DNA of 58,649 nt from IMG/VR virus record IMGVR_UViG_3300025103_000014, positions 1 through 58,649 of that record; one strand, given 5' to 3'. Made by a program: the position numbers and the translations under genes. This stretch comes from a virus. Taxonomy: Duplodnaviria; Caudoviricetes. Below, one piece after another: positions 1 through 9,851 of this stretch (positions are counted from its first letter, which is position 1; each line of letters begins with the position of its first letter). The notes below the pieces were generated by a model, which worked only from the letters and a program-made list of their open reading frames with translations, was not told the origin of the DNA and did not search any database.

Positions 1-147
1 AAAAAGAAACAATAAAAAAAATCTCTCTCCAACCAACCAAGAACCACGAATCTTTGACCTACAACTCAAAAAAGGACGATACAGTGGTAAGGTGCGGGGG
101 TCGAGAAGCATATATGACAAAAAAACAACCTTAAAAGAGGTATAAAC

Positions 148-801
148 ATGAGTGGCGAGAAGCCAGATAAACAAAAAGATAATAATGAAGAAGAGTTCAA
201 CGGTTTTGGTAGACCAAAGCGGATTCCTGCTTCTGAGGATTCTGAAAACAGGACTGCTGACGGTAAATTCAAGAAGGGCAATGGGTGTGGCTTTAATCAA
301 GGGAATAAAGCGGGTAGAGGTAGACCACCTTCATTAACTTACATTCTCCACAAGAGATTGCGTGAAGAGGGTGATGGAACAAAAGCGTCTGGCATCAAGA
401 TTGCTGAAGATTTAATCGAAGAAACCATAAATCAAGCGAAGGATGGTTCTTTTAAGCATCTTCGTGAAATTTGGGTTAGGTTAGATGGTAAGGGCGACTT
501 GCTCCCTGATTTTGAAGTGAAGGAGGATGTTAATTCTCCTGAAGAGCATAAAGAGGCGGCGGTTAAGTTGTATCGTGCCATTATTGCTGACGAGAAATCA
601 AGTATCACTAATAAGTTAAAGGCACAGGAGCAATTAAACATGCTACTTGGTCTAACTGAACCACAATCTACTCCTGTTGAAGCGGCTAGGGCTATTCAGA
701 ACGCTGCTGCGGCTATTTTCGGAGCGTCTTACATCAATAAATTGGAAGAAGAGACTAGCGATGATGTTGACGAAGACGAATCCTCAGACGATGATGCCTA
801 A
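148..801 (+). CDS. terS: Terminase small subunit (probable)
   Basis: GKFKKGN...GNKAGRGRP motif typical of TerS N-termini; lies immediately upstream of TerL. Confidence 0.7.
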   Translation: MSGEKPDKQKDNNEEEFNGFGRPKRIPASEDSENRTADGKFKKGNGCGFNQGNKAGRGRPPSLTYILHKRLREEGDGTKASGIKIAEDLIEETINQAKDGSFKHLREIWVRLDGKGDLLPDFEVKEDVNSPEEHKEAAVKLYRAIIADEKSSITNKLKAQEQLNMLLGLTEPQSTPVEAARAIQNAAAAIFGASYINKLEEETSDDVDEDESSDDDA

Positions 802-803
802 AA

Positions 804-2099
804 GTGGGACTAACAGAGCGATGGACAACCCTTCGGTATCACGAAGAACAGCAAAAGTACATGAGAAGTACAACGCGGTTCAATGTAGTACCTGCGGGTA
901 GGCGGTCTGGGAAGACGGAATGTGCTAAAAGACGAGTTATTCTTCGTGCATTAACTGAGACAAAATGGGCAGATGCTTGGTTCGTGGTGAGTGCGCCTAC
1001 GCATAGTCAGGCGAAGCGTATTTATTGGTCTGATTTAAAGGCAATGATTCCCAAGAATCTGTTGGCAAAGCCTCCTAGTGAGGGTTTATTGTCTCTTTTC
1101 CTAATAAATGGTGCTGAAATCACGGTTTTGGGGCTAGATGCACCTGAACGGATAGAAGGTAGACCTTTAAATGGCATTGTGTTGGATGAATACGGGAATA
1201 TGAAGGAAAAGGTGTGGGGGGAGCATTTGCGTCCTGCATTATCTGACCGTTTGGGTTGGGTGGACTTTATTGGTGTGCCTGAAGGCAGAAACCACTACTA
1301 CGACTTGTACCAAGCAGCAAAAAGAGATGTAACGGGAGATTGGGAAGCATTTACTTGGACAAGTGAGGGGATTTTAGACCCAAGGGAAATTTCTGCGGCG
1401 AAGCGTGACTTGGATGAGTTGACTTATCAGCAAGAATACTGTGCTTCGTTTGTTACATTTGAAGGAAGGGCATATCACTCTTTTAATGCGAACACAAATA
1501 CAAAGCCACTGTTACCCTATGACCCAGATGATGATTTAATTTTATGTTTTGACTTTAATGTTAATCCTGGCGTTGCGGTTATGTGTCAAGAGAAGGGGAG
1601 TACCACGAATGTGATAGGTGAGATTCATATTCCCAACAATAGTAACACTCCTATGGTTTGTGAAGAGGTTATTGCGAGTTGGGGTGAGCATCGTGGTAGT
1701 GTGATGTGTTATGGTGATGCAACTGGCGGTTCTAGGGGTACTGCACAGGTTCACGGTTCAGATTGGGATTTAATTAAGAACTCTTTGAAGCCAGTTTTCG
1801 GAAATAGGTTAAAGTTTCGTGTAGATAGAAAGAATCCACGAGAACGAGTCCGTGTAAATGCAATGAATAGTCGAATGAAAGGTGTAGACGGAACTATAAA
1901 AATGCTAGTAGACCCACGAACAGCCCCAATGACGATAAAAGACTTAGAAGGTGTGCGTCTACTTCCTGGTGGTGGTGGAGAAATAGATAAACGAGTAGAC
2001 CCTAAAATTACTCACTTAACTGATGCTCTGGGCTACTATGTAGCAAAAAGACACCCTGTTCGGGTAAATCGACAGACCTTCGTAGAAGAGGTATTGTAA
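804..2099 (+). CDS. terL: Terminase large subunit
   Basis: Walker A AGRRSGKT, Walker B IVLDE, nuclease motifs FDFNVNP, YGDATG and HLTDALGY. Confidence 0.95.
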   Translation: MGLTERWTTLRYHEEQQKYMRSTTRFNVVPAGRRSGKTECAKRRVILRALTETKWADAWFVVSAPTHSQAKRIYWSDLKAMIPKNLLAKPPSEGLLSLFLINGAEITVLGLDAPERIEGRPLNGIVLDEYGNMKEKVWGEHLRPALSDRLGWVDFIGVPEGRNHYYDLYQAAKRDVTGDWEAFTWTSEGILDPREISAAKRDLDELTYQQEYCASFVTFEGRAYHSFNANTNTKPLLPYDPDDDLILCFDFNVNPGVAVMCQEKGSTTNVIGEIHIPNNSNTPMVCEEVIASWGEHRGSVMCYGDATGGSRGTAQVHGSDWDLIKNSLKPVFGNRLKFRVDRKNPRERVRVNAMNSRMKGVDGTIKMLVDPRTAPMTIKDLEGVRLLPGGGGEIDKRVDPKITHLTDALGYYVAKRHPVRVNRQTFVEEVL

Positions 2100-2100
2100 T

Positions 2101-2412
2101 ATGGCATCTTTTGTAAATGGAGAAGGGGATTATGAGGGTAAGGATGCACCTTACCAATTGACGATATACCTGAAGACAGGAGACACTCTATGGATAATAA
2201 ACAGACACGATAAACTTATTGATGTTGCCAATATGTTAATGGGCGATAATGAGTATGATGGTGGAGACAACACTGTTGATATAACAGGAGTGAAATTTGT
2301 ACCCCACCTTACCCCCACCACTGTTTTCGTAAAACCGTGGGCAGTTGCAGCGTTAGAAATGAACCCCGTGAAAGAAGAATTTATTAAGCAGACAAAAGGA
2401 CTTTTTCTATAA
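2101..2412 (+). CDS. Hypothetical protein
   Basis: 103 aa ORF tightly packed between neighbours. Confidence 0.7.
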   Translation: MASFVNGEGDYEGKDAPYQLTIYLKTGDTLWIINRHDKLIDVANMLMGDNEYDGGDNTVDITGVKFVPHLTPTTVFVKPWAVAALEMNPVKEEFIKQTKGLFL

Positions 2413-3029
2413 TGTGTTTACTATATTGGAACAGAATTATTGTAATTTGTCGCCCCGCGATAACCGCCATTTGTTTACTTGCGTTAATGGGGTGTTGGTC
2501 TGCTAAAAATTCGATAGATAGTAGTGCAATAGATACGAGAGATTTATCTGTAAGTTCGGAATCAAGATTAAAAAACATTGGTGGTTTGGCTGAGAGTTCT
2601 GAAGCGAGATTTGAGAAATCGGGGGATTTAGAGGGTGTCGCAGAACAGCAGGAGATTGGCTCTGAAGCGACAGCAGGAATAGAGGAGCAAAGAGACATCC
2701 AAGGGTTAGCAGACTCCATACGGACTGATTTACACGGTGTAAAAGATGTTGTACCGTGGTGGGCAAACATGACGACTACTGTTGCGATTGTGATAGGTAT
2801 TGTTGTTATCTTTGTCTTTCTGTGGCGAAGCGGTATTCTTGGTTTTATTCGTTCGTTCTTCTGGGGCATAGGTTTATTGATACCTAAAAGAAAATTACAA
2901 GAGGCAGAATTAGATTTAAAGGTCTTGGACGATAGTAGTCCTACCACTTTTCGTGAAAGTGTTGCAAGTAAGAGGGCGAGTGACCCTGGTTACGAAGCAG
3001 CGTATAACAAGGTTAAAGGAAGAACATAA
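2412..3029 (+). CDS. Lipoprotein with C-terminal transmembrane segment, unimolecular spanin candidate
   Basis: Lipobox-like LLALMG-C, polar spacer, then hydrophobic VAIVIGIVVIFVFLW. Confidence 0.5.
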   Translation: MCLLYWNRIIVICRPAITAICLLALMGCWSAKNSIDSSAIDTRDLSVSSESRLKNIGGLAESSEARFEKSGDLEGVAEQQEIGSEATAGIEEQRDIQGLADSIRTDLHGVKDVVPWWANMTTTVAIVIGIVVIFVFLWRSGILGFIRSFFWGIGLLIPKRKLQEAELDLKVLDDSSPTTFRESVASKRASDPGYEAAYNKVKGRT

Positions 3030-3030
3030 T

Positions 3031-3150
3031 ATGAATTTTTTAGCAACTTTTGATTTAGGTGAGGCAATTATTTGGCTCGGTATTGGTGCAGCATTAGGTT
3101 TGGGCTTCAGAAAAGTAATAACAAGATGGATGACAGGAGAATGGAAATAA
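3031..3150 (+). CDS. Small single-pass membrane protein (39 aa)
   Basis: ATG at 3031 after AAGGA; AIIWLGIGAALGLGF hydrophobic segment followed by a basic tail. Confidence 0.6.
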   Translation: MNFLATFDLGEAIIWLGIGAALGLGFRKVITRWMTGEWK

Positions 3151-3151
3151 T

Positions 3152-3544
3152 ATGCCTGTAGTAGCAAACCAATACAACATAGTTGTTGAGCAGGGTGCTA
3201 CCTTTTCATTGACAATTACATATAAAGACAGTGACGGCGAACTTATAGACTTAACAAATACTGATGCTCGTATGGAGATTCGTCAAGAATACACATCCGA
3301 ATCTGCGTTAGTTACATTGACTAGCGCAGCGGGTGGTTCAGGCAATACAAGTGGTATTGCTTTGGGGGGTGTGGCAGGTACAATTGTGGTTGTCATAAGC
3401 GATGCACTCACGGGTGCATTAACAGCACCCGCTACAAATGTGTATGACCTTGAACTTGTAACTGCCGATGGTGCAGTAACCCGTTTAATAGAGGGCAAGG
3501 CGACTGTTTCACCTGGCGTAACTGCTTCTGAATATGGTGCTTAA
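3152..3544 (+). CDS. Beta-sandwich fibre adaptor-like virion protein
   Basis: IVVEQGATF...IDLT...ARMEIR...YDLEL...RLIEG pattern typical of small phage fibre-attachment proteins; coupled to the fibre gene. Confidence 0.6.
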   Translation: MPVVANQYNIVVEQGATFSLTITYKDSDGELIDLTNTDARMEIRQEYTSESALVTLTSAAGGSGNTSGIALGGVAGTIVVVISDALTGALTAPATNVYDLELVTADGAVTRLIEGKATVSPGVTASEYGA

Positions 3545-6519
3545 TGGGCAACATTCTTGAGATAACTGAAACTAGACCTACGGTTCAAGTTACTGAGGCG
3601 GGTAATACGCTTCAAGTGGTTGCACCTAATTCTATTGTTATTACAGATGTTACGCCCACGGTAACAATAACTTCTCCAAGACCTCAAATTATTGTTCAAA
3701 ACGCGGGGATACAAGGACCATTTGGGCTTAACTGGAGAGGCGAATGGGTCATGCTGCAACTGGAGCATTACTTAAAAGCGGATGCAGTAAGTTATGAGGG
3801 AGTTGTGTATTATTGTATACAAGACACATCAGACCTAGCGGGTGGTCAAATCATAAACCCAAAAAATGACACTACGCACTGGGACGTAATGGTAACAAGC
3901 GGGGCAACGGGCATTAACTGGCGCGGCGAATGGGCTGACTTGACTTCCTACACAACTTTAGATTCTGTTGAGTATTATGGCAATGCTTGGATTTGTACCG
4001 CTACACACACCTCCTCTACTTCCAATAGACCTCCCGAACTGTATTATGATGATAGTAGTTATTGGGGTTTGATTGCGGGGAGACATACAAACTATGTAGG
4101 TAATTATGCCCAAGGCACAGAATACTATCTAGGTGATGTTGTCTTTTACAAAGGAAGTTCATGGCGCAGTAAAGTCCACGGACATACAGACAATAGCCCC
4201 CCCGAAACCCCAAGCGACTACTTTAACAATGCGTGGTGGGACAGTTTCGCAGCAACAGCAGGGATGTGGCTAGGCACTTATGACTCGTTAAAGTCATATT
4301 ATGAAAAAGAAATTGTTGAACACAACGGAAGTTCGTGGGTCTGCTTGTTAGGTGTTGCATTACATGACCCACCCTCAACAAGTGGGGGTACAAACGACAG
4401 TTGGCAACTTGTGTCTGCAAAAGGTGTCCAGGGTATACAGGGGGAGGAAGGGATATATTGGCAAGGAGATTGGTGGGCAACAACAACGTATGAGGTAGAT
4501 GATGCTGTGTACTATCCTGTTGACGGACAGAGTTATATCTGTACACAACAACACACAATGCAACCCCCTTCCGAGTCCTCTAGTTACTGGGATGTACTAG
4601 TACAAAAAGGCGACCAAGGGGATGAGTCAACTGTACCTGGTCCTGCGGGAGGGCAAATAGGAAACGGCTATATATATGATGGTACTACTAGCGGAGGCAG
4701 CACTACGGATGGTTCGTGCAGATTTAACATATTAGACTTAGGCAACGCCTCTACATGTTGGTTAGCAAATACAGACAAAGATGGCAATGACTTATCAGAG
4801 TATGTATTGTCTTTTAATGATTCTACAAGTCCTATGAAATGTACAATGACTCTCGCTACTTTACAAGACAATCAAGAGTTTATTGTCTTTAATGTGGGCA
4901 GCATCACAGAAGATGCGGGTGGTTGGTTGATATTAGATTTAATAGAAAGCACGGCATACGCACCTGATTCTACGCCCTTTTCACACAACGATGATATTGC
5001 TATTAGTGTGATGCGAACAGGGGACAGAGGGACAGAGTGGCAAGGTACATGGGACTCTGCTACAACATACAATTTAAGTGATGCCGTTTTGCATAACGGC
5101 TCAACATGGATTTGTGTACAAGAAGGAACAGACCAAGAACCAACTGAAGGAAGTTCTTACTGGGAAATACTTGCTAGAGGGGGTTCGGCAGGTTCGGCAG
5201 GTTCAGCAGGTTCGGGGTACTTATTCGACACGGCGACAGGAGATGACCCCTCTGGTGGTGAACTAAGACTAAATAATGGAACACCACTTTCAGTAACTAA
5301 GTTGTATATATCAAGCACAGATGTAGATGGTACAAACTTGGACACGCTGTACAATGAGTGGATAGGTGCTGCCGATGCAAAGGTGTTGGGTTTAGTTAGA
5401 CTAACTTCTGCGAATGACACTACAAGATGGATGAGTTATGAAATAACTGACCACACAAAAGATGGGAATGTTCATACGCTCGATATACAAAATATCGTAA
5501 ACTCTATAGCACCAAATGTCTTCAATGATGGTGAGAAAGTAGCAGTATCTTTATTACGAACAGGTGACGCAGGGCTTAATTGGGTGGGGGCGTATAATGC
5601 TTCTGCTTCTTATATCATAGATGATTGTGTGTATTACCAAGGTCGCGCATATATTTGTACGTTTCCTCACAGTTCGGGGTCAGCAGATACACCAAGTCCC
5701 GATGGTGCGGGGTATTGGGAGATACTCACGACAGGTTTTGAGTGGCGTGGCACTTACGACAACGCGGAAACATACTATAAAAATGACGTAGTGCATTACA
5801 ACGGCTCAACATGGATTTGTCTTGATGATGATGTGTTGGATATTACCCCTGTCCACGGCGATGATTGGAACTTGTTTACTTCAAAGGGTACAGATGGTGC
5901 GGATGGTGCGGATGGTACGGATATGGCGATTGTTGGTTCTATTATGATGTTCGGAGGGGAAACAGCACCAACCAACTGGCATCTTTGTGATGGCACATTA
6001 CTAGACCGAACTACATACAGTGCCTTATATGCTGTAATTGGCACTAATTTCGGCAGCACAGATATCGATAACTTCCAATTACCTGACATGGCAGACAGTT
6101 TTGCAATGGGCGTTGGTGGACCTGGTCTTCAACAAATAGGCGATACTGGAGGCGAAAATTCGGTAACACTACAAAAGGGGGACATGCCCTCCCACACTCA
6201 CTCAGTATTGCTCGGTTGGTCAGAAGGAAGCAGTGGTCATCAATACGGCAGTTACAAGTGGCAACGATTCTTTGAGTTTGATGGTGGTGATTATGATGGT
6301 CAAACAAGTCCACCAGAACCAACAAACAACATGTTCCGCGATGGTATGTCATCGGGGCAGCAATACAGAGCAACCTACGGAGAAGCGTATAGAAATGATA
6401 CTACTGGTGGGGAACCAGAATCACCACCCTATCTTCAAGAGGTGGGCAGCGGAAGGTCGCATGAAAACAAACCCAAATTTGTAACAGTAAACTATATTAT
6501 CAAGTTGAACAATAACTAA
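3544..6519 (+). CDS. Fibre protein with 8 aromatic carbohydrate-binding-like repeats, short collagen-like linkers and C-terminal tail-collar domain
   Basis: Eight W-x-G-x-W/Y...Y...D-x-V-x-Y/H-x-G-x-x-W/Y repeats; GVQGIQGEEG and GTDGADGADG linkers; collar motif GSIMMFGGETAPTNWHLCDG...YSALYAVIG. Confidence 0.85.
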   Translation: MGNILEITETRPTVQVTEAGNTLQVVAPNSIVITDVTPTVTITSPRPQIIVQNAGIQGPFGLNWRGEWVMLQLEHYLKADAVSYEGVVYYCIQDTSDLAGGQIINPKNDTTHWDVMVTSGATGINWRGEWADLTSYTTLDSVEYYGNAWICTATHTSSTSNRPPELYYDDSSYWGLIAGRHTNYVGNYAQGTEYYLGDVVFYKGSSWRSKVHGHTDNSPPETPSDYFNNAWWDSFAATAGMWLGTYDSLKSYYEKEIVEHNGSSWVCLLGVALHDPPSTSGGTNDSWQLVSAKGVQGIQGEEGIYWQGDWWATTTYEVDDAVYYPVDGQSYICTQQHTMQPPSESSSYWDVLVQKGDQGDESTVPGPAGGQIGNGYIYDGTTSGGSTTDGSCRFNILDLGNASTCWLANTDKDGNDLSEYVLSFNDSTSPMKCTMTLATLQDNQEFIVFNVGSITEDAGGWLILDLIESTAYAPDSTPFSHNDDIAISVMRTGDRGTEWQGTWDSATTYNLSDAVLHNGSTWICVQEGTDQEPTEGSSYWEILARGGSAGSAGSAGSGYLFDTATGDDPSGGELRLNNGTPLSVTKLYISSTDVDGTNLDTLYNEWIGAADAKVLGLVRLTSANDTTRWMSYEITDHTKDGNVHTLDIQNIVNSIAPNVFNDGEKVAVSLLRTGDAGLNWVGAYNASASYIIDDCVYYQGRAYICTFPHSSGSADTPSPDGAGYWEILTTGFEWRGTYDNAETYYKNDVVHYNGSTWICLDDDVLDITPVHGDDWNLFTSKGTDGADGADGTDMAIVGSIMMFGGETAPTNWHLCDGTLLDRTTYSALYAVIGTNFGSTDIDNFQLPDMADSFAMGVGGPGLQQIGDTGGENSVTLQKGDMPSHTHSVLLGWSEGSSGHQYGSYKWQRFFEFDGGDYDGQTSPPEPTNNMFRDGMSSGQQYRATYGEAYRNDTTGGEPESPPYLQEVGSGRSHENKPKFVTVNYIIKLNNN

Positions 6520-6530
6520 AGAGAAACATA

Positions 6531-8021
6531 ATGGCAAACGAAGAAAACAATAAAGTAGACTCAACAAGCCTTGAGTATGATGAAATGTCTGCGAAGTGGG
6601 AGTTGTTACACGCTCTTATGGGCGGTACACAAGAAATGAGAAAGGGTAGAACCAAGTGGCTTGCACAAGAACCACGAGAGTCTGCCGAAGCATACATAAA
6701 CAGGCTTAATCGTTCTTTTTTGTATAACTCTTATCGAGACACAATAGAAAAACTTGTATCAAAGCCATTTAGTAGACCTGTTCTTTGTTTAGGCGATAAG
6801 ACCGACCAAACAGAAGAGTGGATTCAAGACATGGATATGAATGGAAGAAACCTCACACAATTTGCAAGAGATGTCTTTACAGCAGGGGTTACTTACGGGT
6901 GTTCGCATATTTTAATTGATTTTCCTCAGTTCTCTCCTACCGCAACTCTCGCAGATGAAAAAGAAGCAGGTGTTCGTCCTATTTTTGTCCATGTTAATCC
7001 AACACAGGTGATAGGTTGGAGAACTGAAATAGCAAGTAATGGTAAAGAAGTTTTAACACAAGTAAGAATACACGAACAAAAAACAGAGCCAGACGGTGAG
7101 TTTGGTGACAAAGAAGTAGACTACATTAGGGTGTACACACCTCACAATTGGGAACTCTGGAGAAAAGATGAATCAAACAAAGAATCAGATTACTCTCTGA
7201 TTGACTCTAACACACACTCGTTTGGGAGTATTCCTATTGTTACTTATTATGTAGCAAGAACAGGGACGATGACTTCTACACCGCCAATGGAGGATTTGGC
7301 TTGGTTAAATCTTGCTCACTGGCAAAGCATGTCTGACCAACGAAACATTTTAAGGTTTGCAAGGGTTGGCGTGTTATTTGCGGCAGGATTCTCAGAAGAA
7401 GAAATGGAAGAGGGTCTTACAATTGGTCCTAATCAACTTATTCGCTCAACGAATGCAGATGCAAAGGTTAGTTATGTAGAACACAATGGTAACGCAATTG
7501 AAACAGGGCAAGCAGACTTAGACAAACTTGAAGAAAGAATGAAAGTCCTTGGTCTTCAACCTATCGTGCAACGCTCAGGAAATCAGACTGCAACAGGAAG
7601 AGTTCTTGACGAAAGTAGAACACACACATCTATACAAGCATGGATTCGCGCACTTGAAAACACACTACAAAAAGCGTTTGAAAAGGCTACACGGTGGACA
7701 AAAACCGAGTTACCTGAAACTTTTTCAATTGATATTAACAATGATTTTGGTCTTTCCGAACGCATTGGTGATGATATTCGCTCCCTCATCGAAATGCGTA
7801 AAGCGGCGTTGCTATCGGGCGACACCTTCTTACGAGAAGTTAAGAGGCGGGGTTTATTGTCGGAGGTGGTGGATATTGATGCAGAAATTGAGGCTATCGA
7901 AGAAGAAGGTCCACCACTCGCAATGCTCCCACTCTCGTTTACTGAAGACGCAGACGAAGATGAGGATGAAGCGCAGACGAATAAAAATGAAAAGGAAACT
8001 AAATTAGATGACAAATACTAA
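6531..8021 (+). CDS. Portal protein (DUF4055-type)
   Basis: 496 aa; E..EAY..RL.R, PPMEDLAWLNLAHWQ..SD and TAT motifs; position ahead of head genes. Confidence 0.9.
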   Translation: MANEENNKVDSTSLEYDEMSAKWELLHALMGGTQEMRKGRTKWLAQEPRESAEAYINRLNRSFLYNSYRDTIEKLVSKPFSRPVLCLGDKTDQTEEWIQDMDMNGRNLTQFARDVFTAGVTYGCSHILIDFPQFSPTATLADEKEAGVRPIFVHVNPTQVIGWRTEIASNGKEVLTQVRIHEQKTEPDGEFGDKEVDYIRVYTPHNWELWRKDESNKESDYSLIDSNTHSFGSIPIVTYYVARTGTMTSTPPMEDLAWLNLAHWQSMSDQRNILRFARVGVLFAAGFSEEEMEEGLTIGPNQLIRSTNADAKVSYVEHNGNAIETGQADLDKLEERMKVLGLQPIVQRSGNQTATGRVLDESRTHTSIQAWIRALENTLQKAFEKATRWTKTELPETFSIDINNDFGLSERIGDDIRSLIEMRKAALLSGDTFLREVKRRGLLSEVVDIDAEIEAIEEEGPPLAMLPLSFTEDADEDEDEAQTNKNEKETKLDDKY

Positions 8022-8187
8022 AGACATGCTAAAAAACAAACCCCTTTGTGACAGGTGTGGTCGCGTTCTTGTTCCTGTTTATTGTCACGGTCATACTCAG
8101 TGTGCTGCGTGTGGGCAGATACAAGTTGGTGGGGATTGTTGTCAGGGTAGTCAGCAAAAACAATCTGACCCCGATGACGGAGAATAA
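8008..8187 (+). CDS. Small Cys-rich putative zinc-binding protein (59 aa, not in ORF track)
   Basis: Translated by hand: MTNTKDMLKNKPLCDRCGRVLVPVYCHGHTQCAACGQIQVGGDCCQG...; fills the portal to head-protein gap and its stop overlaps the next ATG. Confidence 0.7.
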   Translation: MTNTKDMLKNKPLCDRCGRVLVPVYCHGHTQCAACGQIQVGGDCCQGSQQKQSDPDDGE

Positions 8188-9341
8188 TGCCACCTTCCAT
8201 TGATTTTATTCGTTTTGCAGAAAGACAAAAAGCATTGGGGCTTATTGGCTCAGTAAATGGTGCAATTCTTGACCACTCTATTCTCCATTCAATTTTCATA
8301 GAGAGGCTTAAAACCAATGAAGTAAATGCTGTTGTTTCTTTTTTGAATAACGAAGTTTTTCCAGATATAGCAAACACCTTAGAGAGAAGGCTTGCTCGTA
8401 TTACTGCAAGGGGATATGACAGTAATGTGTGGAAAACAAAAAGATACCAAGCAATGCTAAAGAGCATTCACGAACTTATTCGTGCGGGTTTAGTAAGTGC
8501 TAGTGTGGATGTAAAGAAAAGTTTAAGCGATATAGGGGTATATGAAGCCCAATTTCAACAAACACTTTTGAATAGAACGCTTGAACAGGCGGGTGTATTG
8601 CATTTAGCCCCTGAAGTTATTTTACCTTCAAACAACATGCTTCGTTCAATTATGACAAGTAAACCTTTTGAGGGCAGATTACTAAAAGATTGGTGGAAGG
8701 GGTTAGAAACACATGCACAAGCGACTATTTCAAGTCAAATTAACATTGGTATTACTACTGGTGAATCTACGCCTAAAATTGTTAGGCGTGTTATGGGTAC
8801 ATCGACTACTTCTTTTGTTGATGGGGCTTTGCACACGACAAGACGACACGCATCAACAATAGTTAGAACTGCAATCAGCCATGTAGCATCCCAAGCAAGA
8901 GAAATGCTTTGGGCTGAGAATAGCGACATAATAAAAGGAGTTAAATATGTTGCTGTTCTTGATGGGAGAACAACGGATATTTGTAGAACATTAGATGGTC
9001 AAGTGTTTGGAATCTATGAAGGACCTAGACCCCCAATGCACCATCAATGTCGTTCAACAACGGTTGCAGTAACTAGGAGTTGGAAAGAATTAGGAATTAA
9101 CTTAAAAGAAGCCCCATTAGGTACACGAGCATCAATGAACGGGCTAGTCCCTGCTAATGTAACTTATGCTCAGTGGATTAGAAGACAGCCAGTGGAGTTT
9201 CAAAATGAAGTAATGGGTAAAGGCAAGGCGGCATTATATAGGCGGGGTGTTGTGCCTATGGATAAGTTTATTGATAGAAAATATAAACCCCTAACGCTCG
9301 ACCAATTAGTTAAGTTAGAAGACCTTATGCTTTCTCGTTAG
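8187..9341 (+). CDS. Minor head / head morphogenesis protein (SPP1 gp7 / Mu F family)
   Basis: TIVRTA, AVLDGRTTDICRTLDG and PPMHHQCRS motifs. Confidence 0.92.
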   Translation: MPPSIDFIRFAERQKALGLIGSVNGAILDHSILHSIFIERLKTNEVNAVVSFLNNEVFPDIANTLERRLARITARGYDSNVWKTKRYQAMLKSIHELIRAGLVSASVDVKKSLSDIGVYEAQFQQTLLNRTLEQAGVLHLAPEVILPSNNMLRSIMTSKPFEGRLLKDWWKGLETHAQATISSQINIGITTGESTPKIVRRVMGTSTTSFVDGALHTTRRHASTIVRTAISHVASQAREMLWAENSDIIKGVKYVAVLDGRTTDICRTLDGQVFGIYEGPRPPMHHQCRSTTVAVTRSWKELGINLKEAPLGTRASMNGLVPANVTYAQWIRRQPVEFQNEVMGKGKAALYRRGVVPMDKFIDRKYKPLTLDQLVKLEDLMLSR

Positions 9342-9582
9342 TTTCAATTTCCCACTGTTGTTCTAATACTATAACAATTAGCCTCAATCTATCTGACATC
9401 CACAGCATGTCTTTTTTATCTGTTTCTTTTGTTTGCTCTCTCGCAATCTCTTGGAGGATGTGAGGAAACCCCTTTAAAGAACCTAATAGTCTTTTAGTGG
9501 GGGTGCTTTGAAGAAGCAATAAAACTTCTTCCTCAGCCATTCCTTCTGATTTTGTTTGCCAAGATGGAGAGTATACAGCCAC
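9325..9582 (-). CDS. Hypothetical protein
   Basis: Last ORF of the inverted block; start codon uncertain. Confidence 0.45.
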   Translation of the reverse strand: MAVYSPSWQTKSEGMAEEEVLLLLQSTPTKRLLGSLKGFPHILQEIAREQTKETDKKDMLWMSDRLRLIVIVLEQQWEIETNEKA

Positions 9583-9584
9583 TA

Positions 9585-9851
9585 TTACAAACTCAATCTA
9601 CACCCTAATCTATGTAATACCTTGGCGATGTCTGTTGCTGATTCTGTTACAACCTCTTCATCAAGGTCAGGAAAGGCGGCGTGTAAACATTCGTGCAACA
9701 CAGTGTCAAGTTGGTCTACAGGGGTCTGGTTACGGGCTATAAGAATACGCTTCTGTGGTGTGTCAGAGGGGTCTATGCTTCCACAACTACCATCATGCAG
9801 GTAATCTACTGCCTCCAGACTCCACCTTTTACCTCGTATCTCAACACGCAT
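9585..9851 (-). CDS. Small HExxH metallopeptidase-like protein
   Basis: DTVLHECLHAAFPDLDEE motif. Confidence 0.7.
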   Translation of the reverse strand: MRVEIRGKRWSLEAVDYLHDGSCGSIDPSDTPQKRILIARNQTPVDQLDTVLHECLHAAFPDLDEEVVTESATDIAKVLHRLGCRLSL

